Positions 23,539 through 24,017 of a stretch of DNA of 24,017 bases are shown one piece after another. The stretch's first letter is position 1. Each line of letters begins with the position of its first letter. This stretch comes from Chromatiales bacterium (lineage in GTDB: Bacteria > Pseudomonadota > Gammaproteobacteria > JAGRCI01): NCBI GenBank assembly GCA_020445565.1, contig JAGRGI010000157.1:1-24017 (forward strand), read 5' to 3'. The notes beneath the pieces were generated by a model that saw only the letters and a list, made by a program, of their open reading frames with translations, was not told where the DNA came from and ran no database searches. The position numbers and the translations under genes are program-made.

Positions 23539-23601
23539 GCGCGTTTCAGGCGAAATGCGGCTAATCCATGCGCCTTGATGCGAGGCAAGTTGTTGATTAT
23601 A

Positions 23602-23678
<77 letters not shown>

Positions 23679-23691
23679 ATGGAATAGGGAT

Positions 23692-23714
23692 GAAACCCCG
23701 GCTTTTCGCCGGGG
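23692..23714 (-). terminator. hairpin terminator downstream of rpoD (weak U-tract)
   Basis: Minus-strand CCCCGGC-GAAAA-GCCGGGG then TTTCA. Confidence 0.45.
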
Positions 23715-23723
23715 TCGAAGAGC

Positions 23724-24017
23724 TTACTCGGAGTCTAGGAAGCTGCGCAACCGTTCTGAGCGGCTGGGGTGCCGAAGTTTGCGCAGGGCTTTGGCCTCGA
23801 TCTGACGTATGCGCTCGCGGGTGACATCGAACTGCTTTCCAACCTCTTCCAGGGTATGGTCGGTGTTCATATCGATGCCGAAACGCATGCGTAGCACCTT
23901 GGCCTCGCGGTGGGTCAGGCCGGCCAGTACTGCCTGGGTGGCTTCACGCAGCCCGGAGGCAGTGGCCGAGTCGGACGGGGACAGCACATTGCTGTCCTCG
24001 ATGAAGTCGCCCAGGTG
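23724..24017 (-). CDS. rpoD: RNA polymerase sigma-70 (RpoD), C-terminal region 4 only; the gene continues beyond the window end
   Basis: Translation ...[97 protein letters not shown] is near-identical to the E. coli RpoD C-terminus. The reading frame is open to the last base of the window. Confidence 0.9.
   Translation of the reverse strand, partial: HLGDFIEDSNVLSPSDSATASGLREATQAVLAGLTHREAKVLRMRFGIDMNTDHTLEEVGKQFDVTRERIRQIEAKALRKLRHPSRSERLRSFLDSE

Larger units (their letters stand above)
15583..23601. mobile_element. integrative genomic island (~8.0 kb) inserted in tRNA-Ile2; P4-like satellite / PICI-like gene set
   Basis: Bounded by the complete tRNA (23602-23678) and its 49-nt 3'-half repeat (15534-15582). 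Gene set: tyrosine integrase, Xis/AlpA, primase Zn-finger protein, RepA/DnaB-like helicase, HTH proteins and orphan genes. Arm-type GGTACCA repeats inside both ends. Several genes have visibly lower GC. Genes are translationally coupled (GTGA/ATGA overlaps). Confidence 0.7.

Overview
This is a high-GC (likely gammaproteobacterial) chromosomal segment. The first ~11.6 kb is mostly core-like genes and the last ~12 kb is accessory DNA. Reading left to right:

- The 5' part of RNase P RNA (rnpB) lies on the minus strand and runs off the window start.
- A cytochrome P460-like c-type cytochrome follows.
- A large membrane PAS-GGDEF-EAL protein is on the minus strand.
- An XRE-family regulator is on the minus strand.
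- A strong sigma70 promoter drives a ~245-nt terminator-bounded transcript.
- A defective tRNA-like (CAT) element follows.
- An SPFH/band-7 protein and RtcB lie on the plus strand.
- A small basic ORF follows.
- An SRPBCC/GyrI-like protein follows.
- An FKBP lipoprotein, an SDR oxidoreductase and AlgC-type phosphomannomutase lie on the minus strand.

The accessory part is a tandem array at the tRNA-Ile2 (CAU) gene that lies immediately downstream of rpoD (C-terminus at the window end). An 8-kb integrative island (15583-23601) is bounded by a complete tRNA and a 49-nt direct repeat of its 3' half. It encodes, in order:

- a P4-type tyrosine integrase;
- a low-GC orphan protein;
- an AlpA/Xis-like protein;
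- a primase zinc-finger protein;
- a RepA/DnaB-like helicase;
- HTH and hypothetical proteins;
- a ~520-bp protein-free region packed with covarying hairpin repeats, iterons, a promoter and a terminator;
- two small terminal genes.

Inverted iteron arrays sit inside the helicase 3' end. GGTACCA arm-type repeats flank both att sites.

Distal to the island is an older remnant module with a Fic AMPylator. It carries the same terminator hairpin family as the island and abuts an IS3-family element whose orfB has an extra frame break. The most notable unexplained signal is the pair of diverged, structure-conserving ~87-nt hairpins (21989-22193) with anti-SD-like loops, upstream of an orphan operon at the tRNA-proximal end of the island.
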